51,046 nt of DNA from Vermamoeba vermiformis. Taxonomy: Eukaryota. Below are positions 1-13,500 of this stretch, piece by piece. The notes beneath the pieces were generated by a model, which saw only the letters and a program-made list of their open reading frames with translations, ran no database searches and was not told the origin of the DNA. The position numbers and the translations under genes were made by a program. The DNA lies in assembly GCA_045837725.1 (NCBI GenBank), contig JBEWZL010000168.1:62001-113046 (forward strand), given 5' to 3'. Position 1 is the stretch's first letter. Each line of letters starts with the position of its first letter.

Positions 1-475
1 AAACGGCTTTCAATTCCGCTAAATTCATCTCGCTGGTGTTTTTTTGCTTCTTGCTGCCTTTGCCGCGTCGAATTGGAGGCCAGTTGAAGTCTTGCCTCAA
101 AAGTTGCTTCCAAACTTGAACTTCGTTGTAAACAGCGTAATAATATTTCGAAACCTATAATGCATATTCAGCTTTACAAACTAATGCAAAAGAAATGCGG
201 ATTTCGAGAGGTTTTTACAATTGCTGAATTGTTTAAAGTCGCGCAATAATATTAATTGACGTGTATCAATGGTATATGGTACTTTGTTAGTTAATATAAA
301 TATTTATATGCGAAATTTATTGACGCCACGAATTTTAGATTTTCAAAAGTAATGTAGATCTTACCCGAAGCAGAGCAATCACCTGTTGCAAGGATAAGAA
401 GCTAAGCAATTTTAAGTGAAGGTCATTGATACGTGTAATGCTGGTGATTATCGCGTCTGAGAGGGTTTCTTCCAT
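1..475 (-). CDS. F-box-like protein, 5' part (runs off window start)
   Basis: ATG at 475; exon 475-365 (MEETLSDAII...DLHLKLLSFLSLQQVIALLR), GT-AG intron 364-155, exon from 154 (VSKYYYAVYNEVQVWKQLLRQDF); matches the F-box pattern FL....L.RVSK followed by WK.L...DF. Confidence 0.6.
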
Positions 476-812
476 ACAACAAAGACCAAATCCGCTGCAC
501 CAAATGCACGCTTAACCTTCGTACAGCGCAGATTTGCTTACTACTTGCTTTTGATTAATGTAAGCAAGAAATGAAAACGTGGTGGATAACACACGAAACA
601 ATTCAAAAATTGGTAACGTTACCAATTTTATGTTGCAGCTGACTGACACAAACAGCGAAAATTAATATTAATATTTATATAAATATTAATACGCTCGTTT
701 ATTTATACCATTCGTAAGCAGCAAAGGTGAAAAGCAAACCAAAGGATCTGCCTTGAAATTCCACATCCACAGAGAAACGTCAGACACAATAATTATCAAA
801 CCACATTGTACA

Positions 813-2230
813 ATGGCAAGTTTATTCAAGGAAGAAATCATTAATGTAAGTCTGTCTATTAAAATCTCGACATGTTGTAAAAAAATATTAGTTTAAAATA
901 CTAAACCGTTTCTTTTTATTATTCAGCGTATACTATAAATTTTGTGATAGATTATAAATTAATAATAATGATTTTACTTAGATCCAGAACGTACAGGGGC
1001 TTAAAAATATCTTCCCTTCCCCAGACAGAGCTTACAATATCGACATTAAAGTCCTACGGCTCGATTTTAATTACACCGAGAATTTTGTCAATATTTGTAA
1101 ATGCTTGAAGACTTCAACAACGATCAAATCGTTATTTTTAGATTTTTGGCTGGACGAATCTGGTCTTATTTGGCTCGCCGATGGTCTTGGCTCTAACAAC
1201 TCTATAACACATATTAGCTTATATATTGACAAGCCGATAGACAAACAAGCGATTGGTACTTTCGTCGCCCTGATCCAAAACAACAGAACATTGAAAACAA
1301 TTGAATTTCAATTAGAACCGAGTTCACAATTTACCAACGAACAGCTATTAGATAGTGTTAAAGGATTAAATATACCAACGAGACATTTCAAATTATTTAT
1401 TCCTAACTGTCATGACGCTATCAATACGAATCAATTTTACGACAAAATGATAGAAGTCCTGGATGCGACAAAAATTAGCAAAATTGAATGGTACCGCAAA
1501 GTGTCGTTATTTTCTACTGCTACGATTCACAACGCATTGAATGGATTTAAAAAATTCAGCGAGTATTTGGCGAAGAGCGAAAAAATCAAAACAATCGAAA
1601 CAATGGTTTTTGTAGATGATGTGACGTTGCCATACATACAAAACTTCACATTAAATTGCAAACAATTACGAACAGTTTCTTTAAAATTTGGACCAAGCGT
1701 TCCATCCAGACTCGAAAATTTTTTGGATGCACTATCAACAAGCACCATCAAAGATATGACAGTATGGGGACTAGGCGACGTAACATCACCATATCCGTGG
1801 CTAAATATAGCACGTGCATTAAAATCAATGCAGAAGTTGCAAGTGTTGTCTACGATTGGCGTGCAAAGAACGGCACAACAACAATTCGTCGAAATTATGA
1901 AAGAGTCAGAAGTGCTTCGAGAATTTTTATTTAGGACAACTGATTATGCTATCACAAATGATGTAAATGCCATGTACACTGCGAAACAAAAAATTACAAA
2001 ATTCACGAGCACGAGATCTGATCGCGATCTTATTCAACATTGCACGTGACACGTCATCAGTATCATCAGTGGCAACACTACCACGTGACATTTGGCCAAT
2101 CATCATGTCATTTGTGCGTGTTCCAGGAGTGTCACTTGACTTTGGACGGGTCGCTCAATCGATTTTGAAAGACAGTACTGTTAGACGTGTCATTTACAAG
2201 TCAATCAAAAAGAACAAATATTACAGTTAA
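813..2230 (+). CDS. RNI-like/LRR-like protein with C-terminal F-box-like cassette (paralogue 1; +1 frameshift near 1970)
   Basis: Exon 813-845, intron 846-981, exon 982 in frame with ORF 1105-2049; the C-terminus (ILFNIARD...LPRDIWPIIMSFV) lies in the frame of ORF 1967-2230 and matches paralogue 4306-5715. Confidence 0.7.
2041..2209 (+). repeat. Near-identical 3' cassette shared with 5541-5709 and, in part, 10219-10319
   Basis: atcatgtcatttgtgcgtgttccaggagtgtcact(t/c)gactttggac...gttagacgtgtcatttacaagtc occurs at all three loci with few mismatches. Confidence 0.9.
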
Positions 2231-2515
2231 CATTAGTTGTGTAACAAATAAAGAAATAGCTCGGATCTTCCTGATCTTTCGTCTCATTCCAACAAGTGAT
2301 GATCGAGTAAACCGTGATTTAGTTCCTCAAATGGAATCGTTGTTACAGATTACCAAATAATCAGAATTAGCGTTGTTCAAGCAATTTTTACTTTTCGAGA
2401 TTTTTTTTAAATCCACATTCCTCGAAGCACCATGTTTTCGGAGCTGTCCTGTTGTGGTTAGCTGTTCCCACCACATCACTTTTCATAATTGTATATAAGT
2501 GATTATATTTGGTCA

Positions 2516-4088
2516 ATGGCGCAGCGTAAACGAGTTCGGGTAAGTTCTAAACAGATTTCAATTGCAGAAATTGCAATGCTTATTCGAAGATAATTCTCCC
2601 TGCTATAAATATTTTTAAAAAATTCTTAATAATTATTTATAACCAATTTAATAATTTTTACTGCGTTAGGATTGGGATGCAGAATATCCGATCTCAGATG
2701 CGCCGAATGGTGCACCTGCTCTCAAAAAATTCCGATCAGAAAATTCATCAAAAGTTATAACATCGTATTCTCTATTCTTTGCTCTGCCCTCCGAACTTCG
2801 CCACACAATTTTTAATATGCTATCACTGCGCGATCTCATTCAAGCTCAATTAGTATGCACTTCGTGGCTATCAGAATGTTGGAACTTCAGAATTACATTG
2901 GATTTTGTTAGTGACCAAATATTTCACCGAGTTTATGACGAATACATAGAATATTTATTACGGCAGTGCAGTAAACCGAGGTGGATCGAGCTTTATTTGA
3001 CAGGTAATACAGAAAAAAGTTAAAAATATTATAAATATGTCATTTATATTATTTAAATGCCTACGAAAGTACTAACTCTTTCGTTTTAACCAGATTGTCA
3101 CTCGATCACGGACAACGTTCTGATCAACTTGACAAAAGCACAAAGCCTTCAAGTTGTTAGTCTCCAAGAATGCAAAATTAGCGACATTGGACTGATGCAT
3201 TTAACACACCTGCCAAAATTAGAACAGTTGAAGTTGCACGGCAGACAAGTCACGATCGCACCCGAGAAATTATCCATATTAGGCCAACTAACAAATTTGC
3301 AAGTATTAGCCCTAGACAAATTACATACAGCTACAACGGACGAGCATTTGGAATTTTTTTCAAAGTTGACGAGATTATTTTGGATCAGCATCGAGTCTCC
3401 ATCAATTACTGGCACCGTCTTTCAATATATGTCACGCCTAACGGAACTTAACTACTTGGACGTTGGATTTTGTGGCATTAGGGACGAAAACTTGCAATAT
3501 TTGACGCATTTGACGACGTTATATTCATTATCTTTAAGCAAGAACAAAGCACTGTCCGATGACGGAATGAAATTTTTGACGAATTTGCATAATTTAGGCA
3601 GATTGGATATTAGCATGTGTTCGAATATCAATAATATGATGTTCTTATCACACTTAACGAATTTACGAAAACTCAAACGAGAATTCGTCCCATCGACAGC
3701 GAGAGATTTCCCGACGTTGCCTATATTAGGCAGTATGAATATATTATTGGAGTTTAATGATTATAGAGAAGATGATTCCTTGGATCTGACTCCATTGACT
3801 AATTTGGCATCGTTATCAAAACTCAAAATACAATTGCCAGAATTGGATATTGCCATAGAGAACGATTTAAGTCAAATTTCAAAATTAACGCAATTAAGAG
3901 TGCTAGAATTGGATTTCCCGCCAACGGGGATAGCAGAAGCAGTAATAGTCACGGATGCGTTTTTTGAAGGGCTTAATAATGCGACGCAGTTAAGAAAGTT
4001 AACGCTTACTAACGAGTGCAAATACTTTGGAAACATGCAACGATTATTACAGCAGATGACTCACTTGCGCAAGTTGCTAATAAAATAA
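2516..4088 (+). CDS. F-box/LRR (FBXL-like) protein
   Basis: Exons 2516-2539, 2670-3003, 3094-4088; F-box FFALPSELRHTIFNMLSLRDLIQAQLVCTSW followed by cysteine-type LRRs (ISDIGLMHLTHLPKLEQL, LSDDGMKFLTNLHNLGRLDISMC); 3' end uncertain. Confidence 0.85.
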
Positions 4089-4305
4089 CCGTTCGTGTAA
4101 TTTCATTATTTCGCAGCCGTTGTTTTAGGAGCAAGCAAGGACCCACTCCGACCGTTGCTAAAGCAACTACTAAGAAGAAAATTGGCATATTATCTGATTC
4201 CGGTAAATTAGAATTCAGTTTTGGATCTTCAAGATCAAAATCCCTTTAAGGCTTAATTTCATCCCGAAAATTATAAAAAATTCAAATTACACGAGCAACA
4301 TTAAA

Positions 4306-5715
4306 ATGGAAAGCGGTGCTAAAATGGCAGAAGTTATTGATGTAAGCGAAAATTATTTTTAATTAATTTTTAATAAATTTAAGCAATTCCGCTGCAGTAA
4401 CTCGCTTGTTTAATACCGTGCAAATTTTAATAATTATTTACTACTGCAGATCAACTATCTCGATGCTCTTGCGACGATTCAACCGTTGCCCCACTGCTCC
4501 TACAACATCGATCTCCCGGTCATTGACTTGGACGACTCGTTCAACGAGAATTTTGCAAATATCTGTCATATATTGAAGACTACAACAACATTAACGGAGC
4601 TCACGATTTATTTTACGCTAGATGCGACGAATCTGAAACTGCTTACTGCAGCTCTGACTGAAAACCAATCAATTGTGAGGTTGGTGCTCACTATAACACA
4701 ACCAATCGATGCAGAAGCTATTCAGCACTTCAGTTCGGAAATGAAGCGCAACAAAGTGCTCAAACATTTTAAGATCCGAGTGACCCCAACGGAAAATCCA
4801 TACCAAGAAGGAGCGATGACGCAAGTATATAGCATCATGGATAGTATTAAGTATTTTCGCATGCCCTATTTGAAATTCACTCTGGAGTACTGCCAGTCTT
4901 GGCTGGTTATTAATACCAACGAATTTCATTTGAAGCAGATCGAGCTGTTACAGACAATGAACATAAACAAAATTGAATGGACTGATACTCGGAGTTTATT
5001 TCCTGGCAGACACCCGTTATTAGATGGAGAACAAGGCTTTGAAAAATTCTGCGAAAGTTTGATCAAAACGGATCGGATCAAGTCATTCAACGCGCACCAT
5101 TACTACTTCGATGAAATCGTATTACCACATTTAGTAAAATTTATTGCAGCCTCAAAAAATCTACGCGAGCTCTCAATCGACCTGCCTGCCGAAGCTCCAT
5201 CAAAATGTCAAGATCTGCTCAACGCTCTGGCCACAAGTCAGATTAGATTACTAGCATTGAATGGATTCACTACAATGCCAGAAACTTGGGAAAGCTTAGC
5301 GGAAGCTATAAAATCAATGAAAAATTTGACTAAATTGTGTTTACTGGGTGAACTTCGGATGGCTGAAGACGCAACACCGTTCCTTCAAATTATCAGCCAA
5401 TCAGAATCATTGCGGAGTATTGAATTGAACGCTCGATATGGACAAGCGGATCTGATGAAGCAAAAAGCAAAGCTGACACAACGGAACAGAAAATTACAAA
5501 ATTCACGAGTACGAACTCTGATAACGATCTTATTCAATATTGCACGTGACACGTCATCAGTGTCATCATCAACAACACTACCACGTGACATTTGGCCAAT
5601 CATCATGTCATTTGTGCGTGTTCCAGGAGTGTCACTCGACTTTGGACTGATCGCTCAATCAATTTTCAAAGACAGTACTGTTAGACGTGTCATTTACAAG
5701 TCAATCAAAGAATAA
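4306..5715 (+). CDS. RNI-like protein with C-terminal F-box-like cassette (paralogue 2, intact)
   Basis: Exon 4306-4341, intron 4342-4449, exon 4450-5715 in frame with the 409-aa ORF; RNI-like LxxLxL repeats; C-terminal LPRDIWPIIMSFV. Confidence 0.8.
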
Positions 5716-6895
5716 ATATTCCACATTGTTGAAGGTTGACTTGTAAGTCTTGAAATTGACCGTAGCTGTTCCAGGAGTATTGTTTTGTGTAAGTAGACAA
5801 AATGTCGGATTTGAGCTCAACAGGAACACGCGTTTTTATTCATAATAAATCTCATTCCTCTCGTCCACAAATGAGGTTGAAGTAGCGAAACTTTTGGGAG
5901 GCAGCAACTTAAATTTTTCCCGCGCAACCAGATAAGCCAAAAGAGACGCAGGTAATTGAATTATTATTATTATAATTACTTGCAAATATATTTTAAATTA
6001 TTAATCCGGGCCCGAACATCAATTAGAATAACAGATCTTAAAAATTAATTATTAATGAAAATATTTATTTGCCCGCGAATGACGCCAATAGATATCTATA
6101 TTAATCAAATATATTTGTAGTATTTTTAATTCGACAAGACTGCTTGCCACAATTGGATCGCCTCTAATCCGTCGGCGCAGCAAATTCTTCGTGTGTGTTT
6201 TCACTAGACAAGGTATTAGTACGCGCTAATATGACAGGCTAAAAATTACATCTTACTAATACTATTAGATGTAGAGCACCCTAATTTGGCCGAGCACACA
6301 TGCCTCGGAGAGTTTGTTACACGCGAGATAACCAGAAGAGAAACTTCGGACCCAACATCAAGCATTAAAGCACGGTACGAGTTTATGATAGTGAGTACCT
6401 AGTACTTACTATGTATCATAGGTGACTTGCATACTGGTTCACCGATCATTATAGAACAAGACGCCAAAGTGCACGTTCGGACCGATGGTTTTCGACATCG
6501 TGCGTTCATTTGTGATCACCTATTTTGGTCAATACGGGCATTGTTAACACACCACAAACACAAATAATTGAACAAACATGCTACAACGCGTTTTGAACCC
6601 TCGCGCTCTTTCGCAGATCCGAAAGCGATCTGCCGTGGTAACTTCCCGAATTTGCTTATTCAAACGTGGCTCAGATCGTAAGTTAATTTCTCGGATAATC
6701 AACTGTGACTCTTTTAAGAGAATAATAGCTCGTTTGTTTGGCTGGGCTCCCTTGATTTTGTCCCGATCAACGGATTTACGGTTTTTTTTTCAGGACAGAA
6801 AATATTTGCAAGACCAACTGCAATCCTAAGATCGAAATTAACGTAAGTCACGATATATTAATTTGATTATTTAACTAATAATATTGGATATTCAG

Positions 6896-8682
6896 GTGCC
6901 CACCGACGCTTTGTCAAACAATGGCTTTTTGCACCCAAAAATCGCTCGAGCGGCAAGGTAAGAACTAGTAAAGATGCGTACGATAATTAAACTGGGGCAC
7001 AAATCATTAATAATGCTCGACTCAGGTTATCTGCAAATGGCGCCAGAAATCATGCAAGAAATTGACGACAGCATGAAGACGATTCATAGCGTCATTGCCA
7101 AGTCCAATGACATTGCAGCACAACAACAAATTATTCATGCCTTGGTCAAAAAGCCACTTCCACTGTCTAACGATGCAACAAGATGGAAACCATTCTACTT
7201 TGATGATATGATAGATAGCAACGTATACCAGTCCTTTAAATCTCTTGTGGAAAAGAGCAATCGTGTCACAGGACAACAAGCATTTCTGATTGATATAATA
7301 CAAGGTAAGTTCAGCTCATTCAATGCTTCAAGATGTGCTTATGATGAAGCAGGTAGTGGATCAGGCAAATCTCACCTGGGCTTGACTTACAGCAGACATG
7401 AAGGTTGCCTTCCCATCTTGTTTACAAAGGACTGTCATTTCAATTTGATTACAATTGCAAGTGATTTTTTACAGTCAATTTACCCATCCTCTGAAGTATG
7501 GAAGAACAATGAGGTGCTGTCCTTTGCACAAGAGGAAATATTTCTCAGGCAATCTATTCAAGTGATGCAGTTAATTCCTCTTACTTTCATTCAATTTGCT
7601 GGTATCTTTCTTAGGAGTCAAAGAGGTACTTACATGTTCTAGTAGCCACTACTACAAATCCACTGATTGGCTAATTATACTGCTTTCTTAGTACCTCCAC
7701 CTGAGACTGCAAATGGTGCAAAGTATGATGCTCTAGTGAGGGCAATAACGAGTAGCTGCATCCCTGTCATTGAAAAAATGTACAAGGAGAACCTGAAACA
7801 CTTCTTGGCAATTCCAGCATCCAACTACTGGCAGTTCTTTAAAGCAATGGTTGATCTTGCAAAGGAGTTGGGCATGAAAGCTGTCTTCTATGATGAGATT
7901 GCTCCATTGCAACATTTGTTTCAAGGCAAGTTTTTGCATATTGGCAATTTGGTACATCCAAGTTACAGGGTAAGTAATGCTAATGCAACAATGTGCTGGT
8001 ACTTATATTGTAATAGCTTGAACGTTTGAAAGCTGAACGTCGACTTGCATATATGCTGCAAGTTAAACGTGATGCTGCACCTGCTGCAAAAAGTGCAACA
8101 TTGAAACAGGTCACTTCTTTGCTTTACTTGCTGCATATTGCAATGGAAGATTTTGCTAGAGAAGGAGTGGCAGTAAGTTTCTCATGCAGCTCTTACTATT
8201 TGCATACTTACATCATTATGCAGCAAATTGCCACATCAACTTCGCATTCATCCACTCGTGTACATTTTATTGAGGACTATGCTCGACAACGTTTGGTGAC
8301 CAGGGACTTTGTTCTTCATGAAGAGCCTATACAACGATTAGAAAGATTTAAAAAACTATTCAAAGAAGCATTTGGAGATGAAGTTGAAGTGATTATGGAA
8401 GAAGAAGAAAATACCAAGAAGCTACATAACCTTGCAAGCCATGCACTGCACCTTTTTGGAGGGCTGGGAGAAATTGTGTGTCACCTTAAATGAAAACTTT
8501 TTCTAATATTTTTGCAGCTGCCCACATATCCTAATGATCTGGCCTCTTTTGTGAAAGAATATTTGACTGCTGCAGAAGCCAGAGCCAAAGCAACAGCAGG
8601 TGCTACAAATGCAGGACATCATACCTTTTCCAAACCAACAAACAAAGCAAACAAGAAGAAAATGAAAAACAAGAACAATTGA
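6896..8682 (+). CDS. Multi-exon P-loop NTPase, possibly Crinkler/CR-effector-like (5' exons unresolved)
   Basis: Splicing intron 7305-7352 gives Walker A-like LIDIIQGSGSGKSHLGL; Walker B-like KAVFYDE; ORFs 6974-7642, 7667-8029 and 8026-8493 are separated by intron-like gaps; last exon ends in TGA at 8682. Confidence 0.5.
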
Positions 8683-8983
8683 TGTTCTGAAAACTCTTGG
8701 CAACATCAGTTTTTGCTGTCAAGCTTACAGCCACATCCACAACTCAACAACCGTGCTTGAAATAAACCTAGTATTTGCGGAACTCAAGTGACATGCCAAA
8801 GTTTTGAGGTCTGATTTTATGCGTAGAGGCAATGTCAGCCAGTCGCTAGCCCTGGTGAGTGACACGTGTCATTTTCTCGATTAAATCTTACTTTTGTTAT
8901 CAAGTGGACACACAGGTCCCATATAGTATTATTGCAGTAGATTTGAATAACCAACAGAATATACTAGGTCTGGAAGCAAAGCA

Positions 8984-10362
8984 ATGTCATTTCGAGCAAT
9001 CAACGTAAGTGGCTAGTCTCTCAGATCTGAAAATGTTTTATTTCTCGTTCAAAACACTAAACTGATACTTGAACGTTGTTAAAATTACATATAATATTCT
9101 AATAAATTTCTCACAGATCGATTCGAAGGTCAGGCTTCGTCAGATCGAACTTTTGCCAGATAAATTATACAACATTTCGTTAAAAATTCTAGAGGTGGAT
9201 GAAGTATTGAGGAACATATTCACTAAAATATGCACATTATTGAGGACTACAACGGACGTTGAAACTCTCAAAATCGAGTTTTGGTTGGATGCGCCGGATC
9301 TGCTGTTACTTGGAGAAACAATGACGCATAATGAATCTGTAAAGGTCATCGACTTGCTTATTGATCAACCTATTCACTCAGAGGCATTCAAGAAATTCAT
9401 AGGCTCGATCCAAGCCAACAAAACGCTCAAAAACATCAAATTCACAATGGACGCCCATAGAGATAGTTTCATACCAATATTCGACAGCATCAAAGGACTG
9501 CAGATGCCGACAAGATATTTTACACTGGATTACCCTCGTTATTCGGTTGATTCCACAAACGAACATTATTTACAGCAGATCGAGGTCCTGAAATCAACGA
9601 ACATTAACCAAATCGAGCAATTCAGCGATTTTTCGCTTTTTGAAGTTAAAGGATTGGCTGGATTTGAAGAATTTTGCGATCACGTTGGTAAACAAAACAC
9701 TCTCCAATCATATAGTCCAAACGTGCTTATTGACAGCAATACATTACCGCCTTTAGCAAGATTAGTTTCAAAGTGTAAATCCTTACGCGAACTTCATATT
9801 CAATTCGACAATGTGACACCTGAAATCTTTCAATCACTGTTGGATGTGCTGATCGAACAGTAACATAAGAAAATTAACGTTAATGGGAGGCTTTGATGGA
9901 CGCACAAACCAAGATCAGATTGCACAATGGACTAAAGTCGCATATGCAACAAGATTAATGAAAAAATTGACTAATTTATCTGTGCGTGGCACGCTGGACT
10001 TGGATGCAACACTTTTTTTTTCAGAATCAATGCGCAAATTTACAATGGTCTTCGGAATGGAGTCTGCCAATGCCGCAAGTATGAAGAAGATGATAATACA
10101 AAACATCAAGTTACAAAATGAACATGTACGAACAATCATTACGATCGCATTCAATATTGCACGCAATATTTTATCAGCGCCATCGCACAAAATTATTCCG
10201 CTCGATGTGTGGGGCAATATCATGTCATTTGTGCGTGTTCCAGGAGTGTCACTTGACTTTGGACTGATCGCTCAATCGATTTTCAAAGACAGCACTGTTA
10301 GACGTGTCATTTACAAGTCTGTCAAATCAGCTTTAAGTAAAGTAAATAAACCTAAGAATTGA
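8984..10362 (+). CDS. RNI-like protein with C-terminal F-box-like cassette (paralogue 3; +1 frameshift near 9851)
   Basis: Exon 8984-9004, intron 9005-9116, then ORFs 9069-9863 and 9883-10362, which join if one base is removed (..VL SNSNIRKLTLMGG..); C-terminal IPLDVWGNIMSFVRVPGVSLDFG. Confidence 0.7.
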
Positions 10363-10525
10363 AAGCAATACAAAATCAAAACAGATCAACGATTTACAGT
10401 TAGAGCGGCCAAACAGACTGTAGTCCGAGGTGCTTTGTGATTGATTACGTAATTACCAATAAACTCTGATTTTAGTAAAGAGGCTTAAGATTTATTCGAG
10501 CAGAAGGAAGACTTGATTAGTGTCA

Positions 10526-13500
10526 TTATTTTCCAGGAGGGAACAAGGAACTCGAACCAGAACCGAAAAGGGATAAGTTCTCAAATGGCGCGGAGTTCCA
10601 CAAGTTGTAATTGACATTTCCATTATTGGAAGCATTGCCGTTGTTCAGAGGATTGATTGTGCTTGCGTTAGTGTTGGAGGAGTTGGAGGAGAACACACTC
10701 GCATTCGCAGTCAACGAGGCCAACGGATCTGAGAAGCTTCCAAGTGATGTAGGATTAGTGTTGAGTCTGTTCAACGGTGACCAGCCTTGATCTTGATTGC
10801 TGAAGGTGTTCGTGCCGCCCAACAAACTCGCGAGCGGATCCGAAGTGCTTGATCCGGTGAGATTATTCCAAGCACCGAAATTGCCCGTTGGTGCGGTCAC
10901 AGGATTGACCTTCTTAGCAATAACCTTGGTAGTAAGCACTGGCTTCTTGCAAAAGTAACAGTTTTGTTCGGGATCCGCAGTGAGCGAGAACTTGGACTTG
11001 CCAATCGGTTGCAGTTTGTTGTTGCACTTTTGACAGACCACGTGACAACACGGCACTAACAACAAATCGGCGACGTTTTCGTTGCACATCATGCACACGG
11101 TGTCGACTTCTTTGGACTCCACAACTGCAGGCTCATTGCTGAGCGGAATTTTGTTCGTGTACGACGTGCTGAAAGAACAGTTAGCTAACAGCACGTATCG
11201 AGTAATGATCACTTAGTACTTACACAATAAAGCCTCGCTTTTCCATGTCGCGCATGAAAGACACCAAGTCCTTAGGCGGGTTCAAAAGCTGCAAGTCGAT
11301 ACCAGAGTCAATCGTCACCATGCTGAGCCACCATTGAGTAAACGGGATGGGCGTCAATCTTCCAGTCGAAGATTGCTTCTCCAAGTGGCGGTGACGAATA
11401 GCATCGAAGGCCAAAGCGACACGCTTGTTCATGTCGAACTGGTTGCGAGCAGCAAAAGGCTGACGTGTGCTCTTGAAGATTGGATCATCCTTCACGAAGT
11501 CACGGTTCAACTTTTGCGTGGAGTCACCGGTGAGATCGCTGGGGCTATCGAACATCGATCCACTCGTGTTACCCAGGAGTGAACCCTGCGAGCTTGGTGT
11601 GTTCCAGAACATCGAGCCCAAGCCCGCAGTTTGTGCTGACTGACCCGTTGAAGGGTTCAAATTGAACGGGGTCGGCGTCGAGGTTGGCGAGACACGTGAT
11701 CCCAAGTTTGGGCTTGTAGTGCCAAGCAAGAGAGATCCAGGAGATACACTGCTTGTGCCGGTCGTAACAGCACGAGGAGAAGACGAGCCCTTGAATGGAA
11801 TAGGAGCAAAGTTGCTGCCGTTGTCGAAAGCAGCAGGGTCCCAGTTCATGTTGGGCGTGCCAGACATCAACATCTTGTCCTCAATGGAGTCCATCAGCGA
11901 GGAAGGTAAGAGCGCGCCTTCGTCGTCTTGATACATGTTCTTGTTGCGGAACGCGTTAATGGCCTCCTCGAAGTCTCCGTTCATGTCTTCAGCCGCACTG
12001 TTGTTAGTCGTAGCTGTCAAACTTGACAAGCTCCAAGGCAACGAGTTGGGATTGAACGACGCTGAGAGCGGCGAGGTCTGTGGAGCATTTGTTTGTTGGT
12101 TCAAAGTCAAGTTGTTAAGCGCGCTGTTAACATCGAAGTCGGACAACAAGCTGCCCGAGAAGGACTGTTGTGCGGGCTGTGCCTTGGTGGCAGTCGAACT
12201 CTGGCCACCAGCATTGACAACGTTGCTGTTAAGCACGACAGAGTGATTGTTTGGTGCAGTAACGGTTGGTGTCGTAGCAGTTCTATTAGCACCAGGGGTG
12301 TTAGCAACAGGCTGTTGTGGTCTGTTCGGCGTAGTCTGTTGTTTGGCAGGTTGGTTGTTTGCGGGTGTCGGGTTGTACATCTTTTGAGCCTGTTGTTGGG
12401 TGGGCGTCGGCTGCAACATGGCAGGGTTAACCAACAACGGGGCTTGCATCATCGGGTTAACGAAGCCCGTAGAGTTGACTGGCTTGGTCTGCAGCTGGCT
12501 CGTCAAGAGCTGCATGTACTGAGGCAACATATTGACGCCAGCCATCTGAGCTTGTTGCTGCAATAGTTGTTGCTGTTGCAAAAGTAGCTGCTGCTGTTGG
12601 GCAGGTGACAATTGCGCGAGATTGACAGGTTGCAATATTTGACCAGGGTATGCCATCTGTGGCTGCTGTTTGGGTCGTGCTGCAGGCGGGACTTGTCCAG
12701 CGGCTGTGTTTTTCGCAGCGTAGTTGTGTGCACTGGTAGTCGTTGCACTCTTCGCTGGTGCAGGAGTAGGCGTTGCCGCGGGTTTAGCAGCCTCGGCCTT
12801 GGCTATCTCCTCGGGAGGCTTGAATAAAGTTAGAACGACATCGTTTGATAACGGTGCTAAACTTACTGCTTCTCCGGGGATGTATGCGTCGGGTTGACTG
12901 TTCTTGCGCACGGGCTTCTTTTTCTTCTTTTTGCCTGCCTTCTTTTGCGCGTTCAACATCTTGAGGGCATCAGGAATGACAATTTCTTCACCAAAATCGT
13001 CCGCGCTTGGAGCAAGTGACAACGCAGGCGAGGGCTCAACAGGCGCGGTCTCGACCTTGGTCTCAGCTTTCTTGGTCTTAGGAGTTGCTTGGGCCTTGGC
13101 AGCGGCCTTCTCTTTTTCAATTCTTTCTCGCTCTTCTTTCTCTTCTTGAGCTTTAGCTGCTGCCTGAGCCTTTGCGACTTTCTCTTTCTCGACTCGCTCT
13201 TTTTCTTTCTCTTCAGCCTGAGCCTTTGCAGTCATTTGCGCCTTCGCTGCAGCAGCGGCCTTTTCTTTTTCTTTCTCTGCTTGTGCTTGTTGTGCTTGCT
13301 TCTTTGCAGCTTCTTTTGCTTGTTGCTCTTTCTTTTGCTTCTCCTTTTGTTGGCGAAGCTTTTCTTCTTGCTTCTTGTGTTCTTCGGCGAGACGACGGCG
13401 CTCTTCTTCTTGTTTCTTTTTCTCTTCCTCACGACGTTTGCGCTCTTCTTCACGTCGCTTCTCCTCCTCTTGGCGACGTTTTTCTTCTTCTTGCTTTCGT

